From IMG/VR virus record IMGVR_UViG_3300017963_005353, positions 1 to 64,000 of that record: a stretch of DNA of 64,000 nucleotides. One strand, given 5' to 3'. A program made the position numbers and the translations under genes. The stretch comes from a virus. Positions 53,244 to 62,825 of the stretch are shown here, one piece after another. The notes under the pieces were generated by a model. That model worked only from the letters and a program-made list of their open reading frames with translations, was not told the origin of the DNA and made no database searches. Position 1 is the stretch's first letter. Every line of letters begins with the position of its first letter.

Positions 53244-54309
53244 GATAGAGCTCCTTTGTCAATCCATCTATTTGTCGCAACTCGTGGTCGAGTTGTTCAA
53301 ATAGATACCTATCAACTTTCATGTCGCTCCTGAAGTGGAAAACCTTGCACTTAGGGGATAACAAAGATTCAACGTCTAAGAGGAAATAGCTCTTGACGAT
53401 TGGCGATTCAAAATAGACACAGTTCTGGTATTCTATCTTGGGTATGGGCAAGCCCAACTGTCCGACTTTTGGCTTGGGCCTCGGCATGCCCTGCTGATAT
53501 GACGTGACCCTAAGCTGCTTTATCCCTGCATCGCGCAGCTTTTTTCGTAACCTCTTGGCATAAGTACCGAGGTTAGTCAAGATAAGCGTTCTGCCACGCA
53601 ATGTATTTAGAAGCTCGATAAGCCGATCCGAACGGCTATCAAACGCATGGGTCAAATCGGCAAGCCGCGTCACTATCGGCTGCGGTGTGGTATATTGAGC
53701 AAAGAGTTGCTCTTTTTTCTCCGCGTAAGCTTGACGCTCGCTGCCTGTTGATTCAACTTCAATGAGTTCCCTGTTCTGACACAGAAAGGCTGGATAGGTT
53801 ATTTGGCAAGCACGCTTCATTTTGTCGGCCACGATGTCAAAATCATGAGAAGAATGAACGGTGCCGCTGGTGTCTTGCTCATAGTAGTTTTCGCGCCAAG
53901 CGTAATAATGAGCATATCCCAGAATGGCGCGGCCCAGGTAGGCCAGTGGGACATAGAGGTATTGAATGTCCAACGTGAACGGCACGATGTCCACGATGGC
54001 CTTGTGCCCGATTTGCATTGACAGCCGCTTGAGCCGGGCGAATTTTGTTGAAGTGATCTTTGGATACCGGGACGGGTTCTCTAGAATGAGAACGCTATCT
54101 TCATTCGTGATGGAATTGATGTATAACCATTCATCGCGTTTGGAAATGTCTTCAAACGTGACGGGATGTACATGCTCAAGCTGTGGCCGCTCTGCCTCCC
54201 TGTTTTTGGGATAGACATAGATTGCCGTGCTGCCCTTGGCGCGGCGCAGAAAATCTCGGATGAATTTATCTTTTTCCTCTCTACTTTTGGAATATAGGGC
54301 GGCAATCAT
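53227..54309 (-). CDS. Degenerate (probably inactive) SF2/SNF2-like helicase
   Basis: LY.PL..L...ILGY.HY..WRENY resembles the SNF2 paralogue upstream; no Walker A or DExD motif. Confidence 0.5.
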   Translation of the reverse strand: MIAALYSKSREEKDKFIRDFLRRAKGSTAIYVYPKNREAERPQLEHVHPVTFEDISKRDEWLYINSITNEDSVLILENPSRYPKITSTKFARLKRLSMQIGHKAIVDIVPFTLDIQYLYVPLAYLGRAILGYAHYYAWRENYYEQDTSGTVHSSHDFDIVADKMKRACQITYPAFLCQNRELIEVESTGSERQAYAEKKEQLFAQYTTPQPIVTRLADLTHAFDSRSDRLIELLNTLRGRTLILTNLGTYAKRLRKKLRDAGIKQLRVTSYQQGMPRPKPKVGQLGLPIPKIEYQNCVYFESPIVKSYFLLDVESLLSPKCKVFHFRSDMKVDRYLFEQLDHELRQIDGLTKELYRATRT

Positions 54310-54704
54310 AACTCTAGCCTCATCCAATGCCATTTGCCACGGATATACAATTCTGTGAACCCACGGGCCTCATAATGTTTCACGCGGCCAGGCCTGACCG
54401 CCACCTTGAGATGCGACAGCCCAAGCGACCTTGCCAACCCGATGCGCCGCTCTATCAATTCTCTGGCGATTCCCCGCCGCCTGAATTCTGGAAAGACATA
54501 GAGGTGGCAAAGCATTTTTCTCTTTGTCTTCAAAGCAGCGAATCCAGCAACGTCGGGGCCAGATATTGCCACAATCCAATAGGTAGAATCATCGCTGGAC
54601 ATGATCCCGCCAAGCTCTGAACGAATCCCAGGATCGTAGCCATATCTACCTATATATTGCCACAAAGCATTGTCATTGTGATGCAAAGTGAGATATTTTA
54701 TCAC
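54306..54704 (-). CDS. GNAT acetyltransferase
   Basis: LYVFPEFRRRGIAREL and Y...GF. Confidence 0.85.
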   Translation of the reverse strand: MIKYLTLHHNDNALWQYIGRYGYDPGIRSELGGIMSSDDSTYWIVAISGPDVAGFAALKTKRKMLCHLYVFPEFRRRGIARELIERRIGLARSLGLSHLKVAVRPGRVKHYEARGFTELYIRGKWHWMRLEL

Positions 54705-56426
54705 AGTTTTCTTACCAGTTCTCTGATCTTCTCTTTGCCGCCATCCTTGACCCTATCGATTTCCCGTTTGAAAGCGCTGACGACACTTCCTTTTTCTTGC
54801 ATGGCCCTGGCAATCCGAATATCAATGCTGTCGTTGCAAACGATATCGATGTAGGTCACAGGCCGATCTTGTCCAATGCGGTGACAGCGATCCTCCGCCT
54901 GCAACCGCTCAGAATATTTAAAGCTATTGCTGTAAAAAATCACATGGTTGGCCTCATTAAGCGTGAGACCATGCCCCCCGCTGGATTGAGTGGCGACCAG
55001 GAATCGCGCACCATCTCTGAACCGTGCAATCTCAGCGTTGCGCTCTTGTTCACCGAGGCCGCCATGAAATTGGGCGACTGCACCTCGGCCATATTCATCT
55101 GCCAGCGCCGCAACGATTTGGCAGATACTATAACGGTATTTGCTCCAAACAATGATCTTTTCGCTCGCAGGAATATTGGCGACAATGTTCAACAAAACGT
55201 CGATCCGTTCGTGACCGCCAAATTCTAGAAGCTCAAATTGCGGTTCCCGAGACCTGTTTCTGGAAAAGGGGCTGTCCAACCGCCGATTCCAGAATCCACA
55301 CGTGATCTGTTGCAGGGCGTTGAACAGCCTGAAGATCACATAGCTGTCCAGGCCATCACTGTCTGGTATATCCATGAGCAACTCCCACTTGGCCCGTTCG
55401 TAATTCTCTCTCTGCTCATCGGTCATGGAAAAATAGCGGGCGTCGTAGAGCTTTGGCGGCAAGTCCAGGCACTCATCTTTCGTTATTTGATACACGTATG
55501 GGCCTATCTTCGCCGCCAGCCAGCCCGTGTTGTGTGCTCGGACGATCAGGCCGGGATATTTCTCACTGTATTCCAGGTGATTGTGGGCAAATGAGTAGAA
55601 CGAATTATAACCTAAAATCTTTGGGGACAAAAAGCGCATTTGGGCATAGAGATCGACAACGCCTTGAGTTAAGGGGGTCCCGGTCAGGATGGCCCGATAC
55701 CGCGCTCGTTGAGCCATGTAGGTAATACGCTTGGTGCGCTTGGCATTATGGCCCTTGATGTAGCTCGATTCGTCTACAATAACGAATGAGTCAGGGCCAA
55801 TGATTTGATTGGTTTGCCAATACCATTCTGTCGCTTGAGCTCATCGATTCTATGCCCACGATGTACCAACGAGTCGTGGGCTCATACAATGGCATCTTGC
55901 CGTCGAGGATGGCGATCGCACTGTCTGGTGTGTCAGTATGTTTCTGTATCTCATAGCGTATGGTCTCTTTGAGCGAAACGGGACAGAACCACACCACATT
56001 GCTAATGCGGCCCCGGCGCAGATGGGCCAATTCGATGGCGACGCGCGTCTTGCCTGTCCCCATCTCCATGAACAGGCCACAAACCCGCAGGCCAAGCAGC
56101 TTGTCCACGGCCCGCTGTTGGAAATCATAGAGGCTCGTCTTTAAGTTCATCATGTTTTCAATGTCTGGGTTCGCAAATTCTACGCAATATCCGCCCTCAA
56201 TCAAGGTGTGCCCGGTTTCCGCACATCGATGCGCTGGATCTCCAGCCAATTTACCGATCTTTCTCTGCCAGCGCTTATTGGAGTGGCTCCAATAAAATCC
56301 GAGCCCCTTGATTAGAGTGCGGAAATCGTCACGATATTCGGGGAATCTGACAAAGACGGTTTCCTCGGCTATTGACAGCATCGCTACCGTTTTTGTCTTT
56401 GGAGAGGGGGGCTTGATGATTGACAC
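54701..56426 (-). pseudogene. SNF2-family helicase split by a +1 frameshift near 55812-55818
   Basis: The 5' frame has FQ..A, MEMGTGKT and CPVS. The other frame continues NQIIGPDSFVIVDESSYIKG...LTGTP...GGHGLTL...QAEDRCHRIGQ. Confidence 0.8.
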
Positions 56427-56479
56427 TTTATCTTCCTGTTCTCTTCTGTTCTGTCTATAAACCGTCCAAATTCACCATT

Positions 56480-56508
56480 ATTATACCACAACGTGTTGAT
56501 TCTGTCAA
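56480..56508 (-). promoter_or_regulatory. Sigma70 promoter (leftward)
   Basis: TTGACA-17 nt-TATAAT with an extended -10. Confidence 0.85.
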
Positions 56509-56524
56509 ATAAAACCGCCCTGAT

Positions 56525-56553
56525 TTGACACCATAGACTTGTTGTGGTATAAT
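56525..56553 (+). promoter_or_regulatory. Sigma70 promoter (rightward)
   Basis: TTGACA-17 nt-TATAAT with an extended -10. Confidence 0.85.
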
Positions 56554-56604
56554 AACGTTGTAACTTCTTGGGCGATCCAGCACGATTTCAAGCGAGGGAG
56601 TACC

Positions 56605-56808
56605 ATGCCAGACTATAAAAATGTCGCAATACCCTTAAGCCTACATAGACGGGTAGCAATTCTCACCGCGAGACTTGGTAGGACAATCGGCGGGAAAGGG
56701 GGCATTGCTGCGGAGCTTTTGGAAAATTGGTTAGACGAGAACAGACAAGAGGAGAGACGAGATGCACCAACTATTGAGCGAGATCGAGGGGCTGCTGATC
56801 CTGACTAA
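56605..56808 (+). CDS. Ribbon-helix-helix-like small DNA-binding protein
   Basis: GGGAG RBS; YKNVAIP.SLHRRV...A..LGRTI....AELLENWL. Confidence 0.55.
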   Translation: MPDYKNVAIPLSLHRRVAILTARLGRTIGGKGGIAAELLENWLDENRQEERRDAPTIERDRGAADPD

Positions 56809-57088
56809 CATGCTTGTGGCTTTCATTGGCGGCGTGCTGTTCCTCACGGGATGGCACATGACGGGAAAGCCCCGGTGCAGGGCCATGGCGATGGTGCAGG
56901 AGATGTCGCCGTTGCTGGCCCGGATCGAGCGGGCCGTGCGGGAAGGCAACCAGGGCGTCACGGTATTGCGCGGGCGCGTTCTACCAAACGGTCGGGCGTA
57001 CATGTCGCACGGGGAGACCTTCAGTCTCCCCAGGGGCGTCGTACTCGAACCGGGGCGCGAGGTCGTGTTGTCGGCGGGGGCGGTATGA
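56762..57088 (+). CDS. Membrane-anchored hypothetical protein
   Basis: AGGAG RBS; N-terminal TM. Confidence 0.5.
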   Translation: MHQLLSEIEGLLILTNMLVAFIGGVLFLTGWHMTGKPRCRAMAMVQEMSPLLARIERAVREGNQGVTVLRGRVLPNGRAYMSHGETFSLPRGVVLEPGREVVLSAGAV

Positions 57089-57909
57089 TCCAAGACAGTC
57101 TTGAAAAGATGGGAAAGAGATTCGGGGAGTTGGCAAACTCCCTGTCGCAAAGAGCACCGCTGTTCGGCGTGTTCGCCTTTTCCGCGTGCTCGGTGCACGC
57201 CCTGGCGCACATGCTTTTGAAATACGCCCGGCACGACACGCCCTTGTTTTGGGGTGCCAGCGCAATGATCGAATTGGCGACCGCGTGGTTGGCAACGCGC
57301 ATCGTCGAGCAGGTGCGAGAGGCTACCCGGTCAGTCGGTGGCCGGTATGGGACCACAAAGCAAAACCGGCGTTTCGCCATCTTCGCCCTAATCGTCTACT
57401 CTTCGCTGGCGGCACCGAGTTTTGCCACGAGCGTGGTCGCCAATTACATGGAGTTCAGCGACAACGGTCTCCTGGCGTTCCTGTTCCCGGTCCTGACCAT
57501 TGCCTGTGCGGTAGGCGCGGCCATGCCGGGGATCATCAGCGCCCGCAAACAGAAGGAGAAAGCCGAAGAGGAACAGTCGAAACGGGACGATGCAGCGCAA
57601 AAAGCCGAAGAGGAACAGTCGAGGGCCGCAAAGGCCGCGCAAAAGGCCATACAAGAGGCCGAAGAAAGCGCGAAGAAACGCGAAAAAACAGCGCAAACGC
57701 TAGAAGATTTGGGACGAACGACCGACTTCCTCCGCCAATTGGTCGCAGACCCGGCGCAAAGCCGCGCAGATTTGGCGCAAACGCTGGACGTCGCTCCGCA
57801 AACGGTCTCTTACCATCTGCAAAAGGCCGAAGAGGCGGGGCTCATTGACAGGAGCAATGGGGAGGTTAAGTTTGCTGATGGGGTAGTTGAATTGTTGGCA
57901 GCGAAATGA
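57085..57909 (+). CDS. Multi-TM protein with coiled coil and C-terminal winged HTH
   Basis: Four TM segments, KAEEEQS duplicated, and SRADLAQTLDVAPQTVSYHLQK.EEAGLI. Confidence 0.7.
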   Translation: MIQDSLEKMGKRFGELANSLSQRAPLFGVFAFSACSVHALAHMLLKYARHDTPLFWGASAMIELATAWLATRIVEQVREATRSVGGRYGTTKQNRRFAIFALIVYSSLAAPSFATSVVANYMEFSDNGLLAFLFPVLTIACAVGAAMPGIISARKQKEKAEEEQSKRDDAAQKAEEEQSRAAKAAQKAIQEAEESAKKREKTAQTLEDLGRTTDFLRQLVADPAQSRADLAQTLDVAPQTVSYHLQKAEEAGLIDRSNGEVKFADGVVELLAAK

Positions 57910-58424
57910 GCGAGCACAAGCGGGCAACGATCACAACCATCTTTTGCATCACAATTCTGGTCTTTTTGGTCGCATGGGACCAGCCGGAAGTGGATGCAAT
58001 TGCCCTCGTCAATCTGGAGCGCGAGCAGCGCGGGTTACAACCGCTCCTGCTCAACGCATCCCTGATGCACGCCGCTGATGGCCATTCCCGGGACATGGCA
58101 ACTAACGGCTTTCTCGGTCACACAGGCAGCGACGGGTCAACGCCTTGGGAACGGATGAGACGTGAGGGTTATACGGACTGGTTTGCCGCCGGCGAGGTGA
58201 TTGTAGTAGCTGCGACAGCCAAGGCCGCGGTCTACCATCTCATGCAGGATCAGGCACACAGGGACATTCTGCTAAAGCCGGTGTTCAACGAAATGGGGGT
58301 TGGATACGTCCACGACCCCAACAGTCCCTATAGGCATTATTGGACCATGGACCTGGGCGGGCGCCATTTGTGTGAGAATTGTAACATCAAAACCTATTTA
58401 CCAACAGTGAGGAAAAAGGGCTGA
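57906..58424 (+). CDS. CAP/SCP-domain secreted protein
   Basis: LVN.ER...GL.PL, A..HSRDMA...F..HTGSDGS and HRDILL...F.EMGVG; C-terminal YLPTV. Confidence 0.9.
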   Translation: MSEHKRATITTIFCITILVFLVAWDQPEVDAIALVNLEREQRGLQPLLLNASLMHAADGHSRDMATNGFLGHTGSDGSTPWERMRREGYTDWFAAGEVIVVAATAKAAVYHLMQDQAHRDILLKPVFNEMGVGYVHDPNSPYRHYWTMDLGGRHLCENCNIKTYLPTVRKKG

Positions 58425-58425
58425 C

Positions 58426-59496
58426 ATGTTTGGACAGGATAGCGGCGGCCAGAAAGGGGGCGGGGGATTCATGCCCTTTTTCTCCCCATGGTATTTCGTG
58501 GGGCGGATGCTCGGCGGCGGCCCGACCGAAAAAGTAGATCACAATCCCGTCACGCAGATTCTTATCCCGGCCTTGCGTGCCCTGATGGGCGGGGCGGGGA
58601 TCTGCATCATCATCGTGGGCTACATCTCGGCGTCCTACGTCTGGCACGCCAATGTTGCGCTCACCGACCTGGGCAGGATGGCGTTGCCGGCGCTCGTGTT
58701 TGGGCTGCCTGCTATCATCGGGGCGGCAATCGGGCTGCTCAACCCGTCACCCGAGCGGTATTGGGGCTCCAGGCAAAGCATGTTCTTCCTGTTCGGCCTG
58801 GGCTCTGCCGGTCTGTGTTGGGCCTTTGGCGGGCTCGCTCTGAAAGATCCGCAGGGGATTCTCTTCTGGGAGGTCGTCAAGACAAGCTGTTTCATCGGCC
58901 TGGCGGTCGTGGGATTTCTCCTGGCGATCTGGGGCATTGTGGAACAGTTGATCGTCTACCAGATGACCGAGAGCCAGAAAGTGGGCTGGAGTGTTATCAA
59001 AGGGCGACTGGACGAAAAGATTCCCACAGGTATTGCCCAGGAGGTCGAGGGCGAGCCGGTCATTCAGGAATGGCGTATCAGTGTCACCATGATACCCAAG
59101 AACGAGAACGGGACGAACGGCCGGCCCATCGGTCCCAAGCTCTTGCACTTTGACCCGGACATTGTGCGAGACGATGAGGTGGCATTTTGGGCGGCGTCGG
59201 TGCTCAAGGGGGCCGCCCTGTCATATGCTGAGTGGGTGGACAAAGGGAAATTCGGGAGAAGGCAGTATGATCACATCTGGGAGGTGCTGGCGGAGAAGCG
59301 ATACGCTGCCAAGCGCGGGTCTGCCCGCAACGCCCGGTGGTATCTCACCGATGAGGGCAAGCGGGTGCTCGCCCTGTGGTTGACAGCTTTCGATGGATGG
59401 GACAGGGGAGAAACCGATACTGGAGACCTGGAGCTTTCAGATGAGCAATTTGACTACGAAGGGGAATGGGAGCTTGACGAATACGACGCGCCCTAG
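58426..59496 (+). CDS. Multi-TM membrane protein
   Basis: Four TM segments plus a soluble C-terminal domain ending ...WYLTDEGKRVL. Confidence 0.65.
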   Translation: MFGQDSGGQKGGGGFMPFFSPWYFVGRMLGGGPTEKVDHNPVTQILIPALRALMGGAGICIIIVGYISASYVWHANVALTDLGRMALPALVFGLPAIIGAAIGLLNPSPERYWGSRQSMFFLFGLGSAGLCWAFGGLALKDPQGILFWEVVKTSCFIGLAVVGFLLAIWGIVEQLIVYQMTESQKVGWSVIKGRLDEKIPTGIAQEVEGEPVIQEWRISVTMIPKNENGTNGRPIGPKLLHFDPDIVRDDEVAFWAASVLKGAALSYAEWVDKGKFGRRQYDHIWEVLAEKRYAAKRGSARNARWYLTDEGKRVLALWLTAFDGWDRGETDTGDLELSDEQFDYEGEWELDEYDAP

Positions 59497-59616
59497 TCCT
59501 GACCGACTAGGACAGGGCCCTGAGTTCGACATAACTTATGTGTGTATGTATATGTGTGTGTGAACTGTCGGCCTCTACATAGGTATGTAAGGCCAGAGAG
59601 TAGGGGAGAGGTTGCA

Positions 59617-60114
59617 ATGAGACAGACAGCAACAGCACAAGCCCAACCGCAAGAGCAGTTGACCGGTGTACAGCCCCTGCCCGGCGGCCAGGGGTATCTC
59701 GATTTTCAACGCCAGGAATGGAAGTGCCCTGGATGTGGCATGGTCAACAGCATGGAAGTCTACACCTGCCCAGGGTGTGGCGTGTCTGCCCTGGACATAC
59801 TGGAGAGGCTCAACAAGCCACAAGGCAAACTGAGCAGGAAACGGGCCGGGCGACCTATCGGCCTCAAGGCCGGGTTCAAGTTTGTCATCGGCGCGGCGTG
59901 GCTGGTCGCACTCATTGTCACGGCCTATCTATTGCTGGCGCTCTCGCCGGTCATCATCTACCTGGCACCGGCGTTCCTGGTGCTGACGGTGTTGGTGTGC
60001 ATCATGTACCCAAGCAAGAGGAAGAAAAAGGCGGCCGCCAAGGATTTGCAGGAGAAGCTCAGCCAGGGATTGATCGAATTGGCGGCACTGATTGAAGAGC
60101 AAGCAGGACTATAG
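59617..60114 (+). CDS. Zn-ribbon membrane protein
   Basis: WKCPGCG..N....CPGCG plus two TM segments. Confidence 0.65.
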   Translation: MRQTATAQAQPQEQLTGVQPLPGGQGYLDFQRQEWKCPGCGMVNSMEVYTCPGCGVSALDILERLNKPQGKLSRKRAGRPIGLKAGFKFVIGAAWLVALIVTAYLLLALSPVIIYLAPAFLVLTVLVCIMYPSKRKKKAAAKDLQEKLSQGLIELAALIEEQAGL

Positions 60115-60133
60115 CGAAAGGAGAGACGAGAAC

Positions 60134-60445
60134 ATGGAACTTTATCAAGTGGTCATTGTCGGATTGGTTGGACTGCTGTTGACACTCATGCTCCTGGAGA
60201 ATGAGCGCGTCAACAAGATTGTTTGGGATGACCTGATAGAGACGGGCTATCACATCGAATCGGTACTCCACCCAAGCCGCTGGAAATTTCTACCGGCAGA
60301 TCAGGTCACAATGCTCGAGCTGCCAGCGGGCGATGGGTTTCCGGCTTGTCGGTGGGGTGTCTCGAAACCCGATCCAAACGCCCGGTGGGCCATAAGCTCA
60401 GAGCCTTACGACATTGATAGCCCGTATTATGGGCATAGAAACTAG
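60134..60445 (+). CDS. Membrane-anchored hypothetical protein
   Basis: N-terminal hydrophobic segment. Confidence 0.5.
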   Translation: MELYQVVIVGLVGLLLTLMLLENERVNKIVWDDLIETGYHIESVLHPSRWKFLPADQVTMLELPAGDGFPACRWGVSKPDPNARWAISSEPYDIDSPYYGHRN

Positions 60446-60455
60446 GAGGGAAACC

Positions 60456-60791
60456 ATGAAAAAGTTGATTGTGGTACTATCGGTGGTATCACTGTTGCTC
60501 CTGTCCGGCTGTCAGGACATCGCAGCGGCTCTGACCGAGCGGCAACGCTTGGAGATGGAGACGGCACGCCAGGAGGCAGCCGCAGCCCAGGCGCGGGCTT
60601 TGGAGGCTCAAGCCAGGGCCGATCAGGTCAAAAACGAATGGGACGGCCGGGCGTTCTTTGTGGGGGTCCTGAGCACAGCGGGGATGCCCTACTATTTCGG
60701 CTCCCTGTGTTTTCTCGCCGGCCTGTTCATGTTTGTGGCGATCGCGTTCCCAGAGGTCTTTAGGCGGGGGAGGGAGCAAGATGCAAGGTAG
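60456..60791 (+). CDS. Putative lipoprotein with a C-terminal TM
   Basis: AGGAGG RBS; MKK...LLLLSGC lipobox; coiled coil. Confidence 0.65.
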   Translation: MKKLIVVLSVVSLLLLSGCQDIAAALTERQRLEMETARQEAAAAQARALEAQARADQVKNEWDGRAFFVGVLSTAGMPYYFGSLCFLAGLFMFVAIAFPEVFRRGREQDAR

Positions 60792-60996
60792 AACCCTTTT
60801 GATTCTGGCTGCTTTGCTGCTGTTCGCTCCGCCCCTGTTGTTCACCTGCATCAGCCTGTTTTTGCTGTTCATGGTGCTGACCGAACCCTGGGGTTGGCTT
60901 GCCCTGTTCCTGCTCCTGGCGCTCCCCCTGGGGACATTGCTGGTGGGGCTCATCATTCGCTATGGGGGGACGATCAAATGGCCGGTTGGCAGGTAA
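60781..60996 (+). CDS. Small membrane protein
   Basis: Highly hydrophobic 71 aa. Confidence 0.5.
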   Translation: MQGRTLLILAALLLFAPPLLFTCISLFLLFMVLTEPWGWLALFLLLALPLGTLLVGLIIRYGGTIKWPVGR

Positions 60997-61538
60997 TTGA
61001 GGAGCGGGTTCTGGTTGATCAACCGCCCTGGCTCACGGTCAGGGAACAAGATATCAAGTTTCCCGGGGGCCAAATCCTACAAAACTACATTTTGCTCGAC
61101 GAACGGGACGGCTGCCTGGTCTTTGCCGTCACCCAGGATGGGCGAGCTATCCTCCTGGAGCAATACCGCCACGGGCGGGGCACTCGTGAAGTGGGGCTCC
61201 CGTCAGGCTTTCTCGACGAGGGGGAAGATCCGCTCGCTGCGGCAAGGCGGGAGCTCATGGAAGAAACGGGCTATGCTGGTCACAATTGGACGTCTCTGGG
61301 GGCACTGTTCACCAACAGCAACAGGGGACGTCAATTGTTTCACTTTTTCTTGGCTCGAGATGTGAGGCTAGTCCAGGGACCAGAGCGCGAGGTCAGTGAG
61401 AGAGATATAACGATCAGCCTGATGCGCCTGGATGAACTCAAGGCGTACTTGGCACAATCCAACGGCGACATTGGCATGGCGGCCATGGCCGGGATTCTCC
61501 TGGGCTTGGCGGAACTAGAGAGGGAAAGGGAAAGATGA
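60978..61538 (+). CDS. NUDIX hydrolase (ADP-ribose pyrophosphatase-like)
   Basis: QYRH and the Nudix box LPSGFLDEGEDPLAAARRELMEETGY. Confidence 0.9.
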   Translation: MAGWQVIEERVLVDQPPWLTVREQDIKFPGGQILQNYILLDERDGCLVFAVTQDGRAILLEQYRHGRGTREVGLPSGFLDEGEDPLAAARRELMEETGYAGHNWTSLGALFTNSNRGRQLFHFFLARDVRLVQGPEREVSERDITISLMRLDELKAYLAQSNGDIGMAAMAGILLGLAELERERER

Positions 61539-61879
61539 ACGCTGGAAAACTATGGGCGGCGATCAAAGCGTTGCTCAAGATGGATCGCTGCGTCTTTTGT
61601 CGAAAACGAAGGCGCGATGGGGAAGAGCTCTCGTTTGTCCGGAGGTGGAACGCCTATTGGGGAAAGAGGCATCACTATCACGAAAGTTGCCTTCGTGACG
61701 TCGTGAGCGACCCAGAGGGCCACGGTCACAGGAAAGTTGATCTCGTGCTTGACATTTACAATTGTAAAAAGCATGAAGAGCAGCAGGAGAGGCTCAATGC
61801 CGAGTGGCAGGAGATGAAGCTTCGACAGATCAGGGCCATTCGGGCTCGGACATCTCAAGATGGCAAAAAGCGACCTTGA
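61535..61879 (+). CDS. Hypothetical Zn-finger protein
   Basis: CVFC...YHESC; ATGA-coupled. Confidence 0.55.
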   Translation: MNAGKLWAAIKALLKMDRCVFCRKRRRDGEELSFVRRWNAYWGKRHHYHESCLRDVVSDPEGHGHRKVDLVLDIYNCKKHEEQQERLNAEWQEMKLRQIRAIRARTSQDGKKRP

Positions 61880-62103
61880 GGCCAAACTGGCCAAACAGAT
61901 CGCCAAGGCCGGCCTCCCGGCCGGCGTGAATGAAGCTCCCCAACCTGTGGCCGGGGAGCTCTCAGTGAAGGGGCCAAGGGCTGACTAGCTCCGACAAACA
62001 CGGGTCCATCTTCCCCCATGAGCCCTGCCAGTTTTCTTACACGTTCTTGCTGGAGAGCATCAAAGGTCTCATTTGCATTGTCTCGGTCAGCTCGTCTTTT
62101 CAT
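61855..62103 (-). CDS. Hypothetical protein
   Basis: ATGA-coupled to the DnaC-like gene stop. Confidence 0.35.
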   Translation of the reverse strand: MKRRADRDNANETFDALQQERVRKLAGLMGEDGPVFVGASQPLAPSLRAPRPQVGELHSRRPGGRPWRSVWPVWPQGRFLPS

Positions 62104-62825
62104 CCGGTATACTCCTGGGCCTCGTTGAGCACCAGCACACTACCCCTGTGGCTGATACGAGACCTGATCCGATCCTCCAACTCACTGATGGGACAATTGC
62201 TGGTGAACAAAGTTGGCTTGTCCCGCTCCAACCTGTGATCCACGAGCAGGTACATTTGCTCGTCTGTCCAGGCGGTGCGCTTCTCCACGCCCAGGTCGTC
62301 CACGATCAGGATGGGCACCGCCTGGAGCTTTGCCATGAGCGTGTTGACGGTCTCGTCCTCCCGGTCGTAACAGCCGCGCAGCATCGCCAGGAGTTCGACT
62401 GCCTTGCAAAAGAGCACAATCTCGCCCTTGCCGATCAGGTAGTTTGCAGCAGCGGCGGCCAGGTGGGTTTTACCGTTGCCCTTTGTCGGAGAATGGATCG
62501 TGAGGAAACCCTGGGGCTCTTGCGCCCATGCCAGTGCCGCGTTGAAGGCTTTCGTGGCGTATTTCGTCTCAGGGCCGTTCGTGTCGAACGTGTCAAACGT
62601 GCAGGTGGTCAGCCGGCCGTGCAGGGCAGACAGTCGGGACATGGATTGCCCCTCCATTTCCCTGGCGCGAACGAGCCCACAGGGACACGCCCGGAGGCCC
62701 TCTTCGGTGTACAGGTAGCCCATGCCCAGGCAGCGGTCGCACACCTGGCCGGTGCCGTTGCAGCGGGGACAGGAGAGGTCGAGTTGTCCGAGTGCCTGGC
62801 AGCGGGGGCAGCGTGTTTGGGTCAT
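62100..62825 (-). CDS. DnaC/IstB-like ATPase (helicase loader)
   Basis: N-terminal CxxC repeats, TFDTF, GNGKTHLA, IVDDLG, TSN and RIRSR. Confidence 0.88.
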   Translation of the reverse strand: MTQTRCPRCQALGQLDLSCPRCNGTGQVCDRCLGMGYLYTEEGLRACPCGLVRAREMEGQSMSRLSALHGRLTTCTFDTFDTNGPETKYATKAFNAALAWAQEPQGFLTIHSPTKGNGKTHLAAAAANYLIGKGEIVLFCKAVELLAMLRGCYDREDETVNTLMAKLQAVPILIVDDLGVEKRTAWTDEQMYLLVDHRLERDKPTLFTSNCPISELEDRIRSRISHRGSVLVLNEAQEYTG

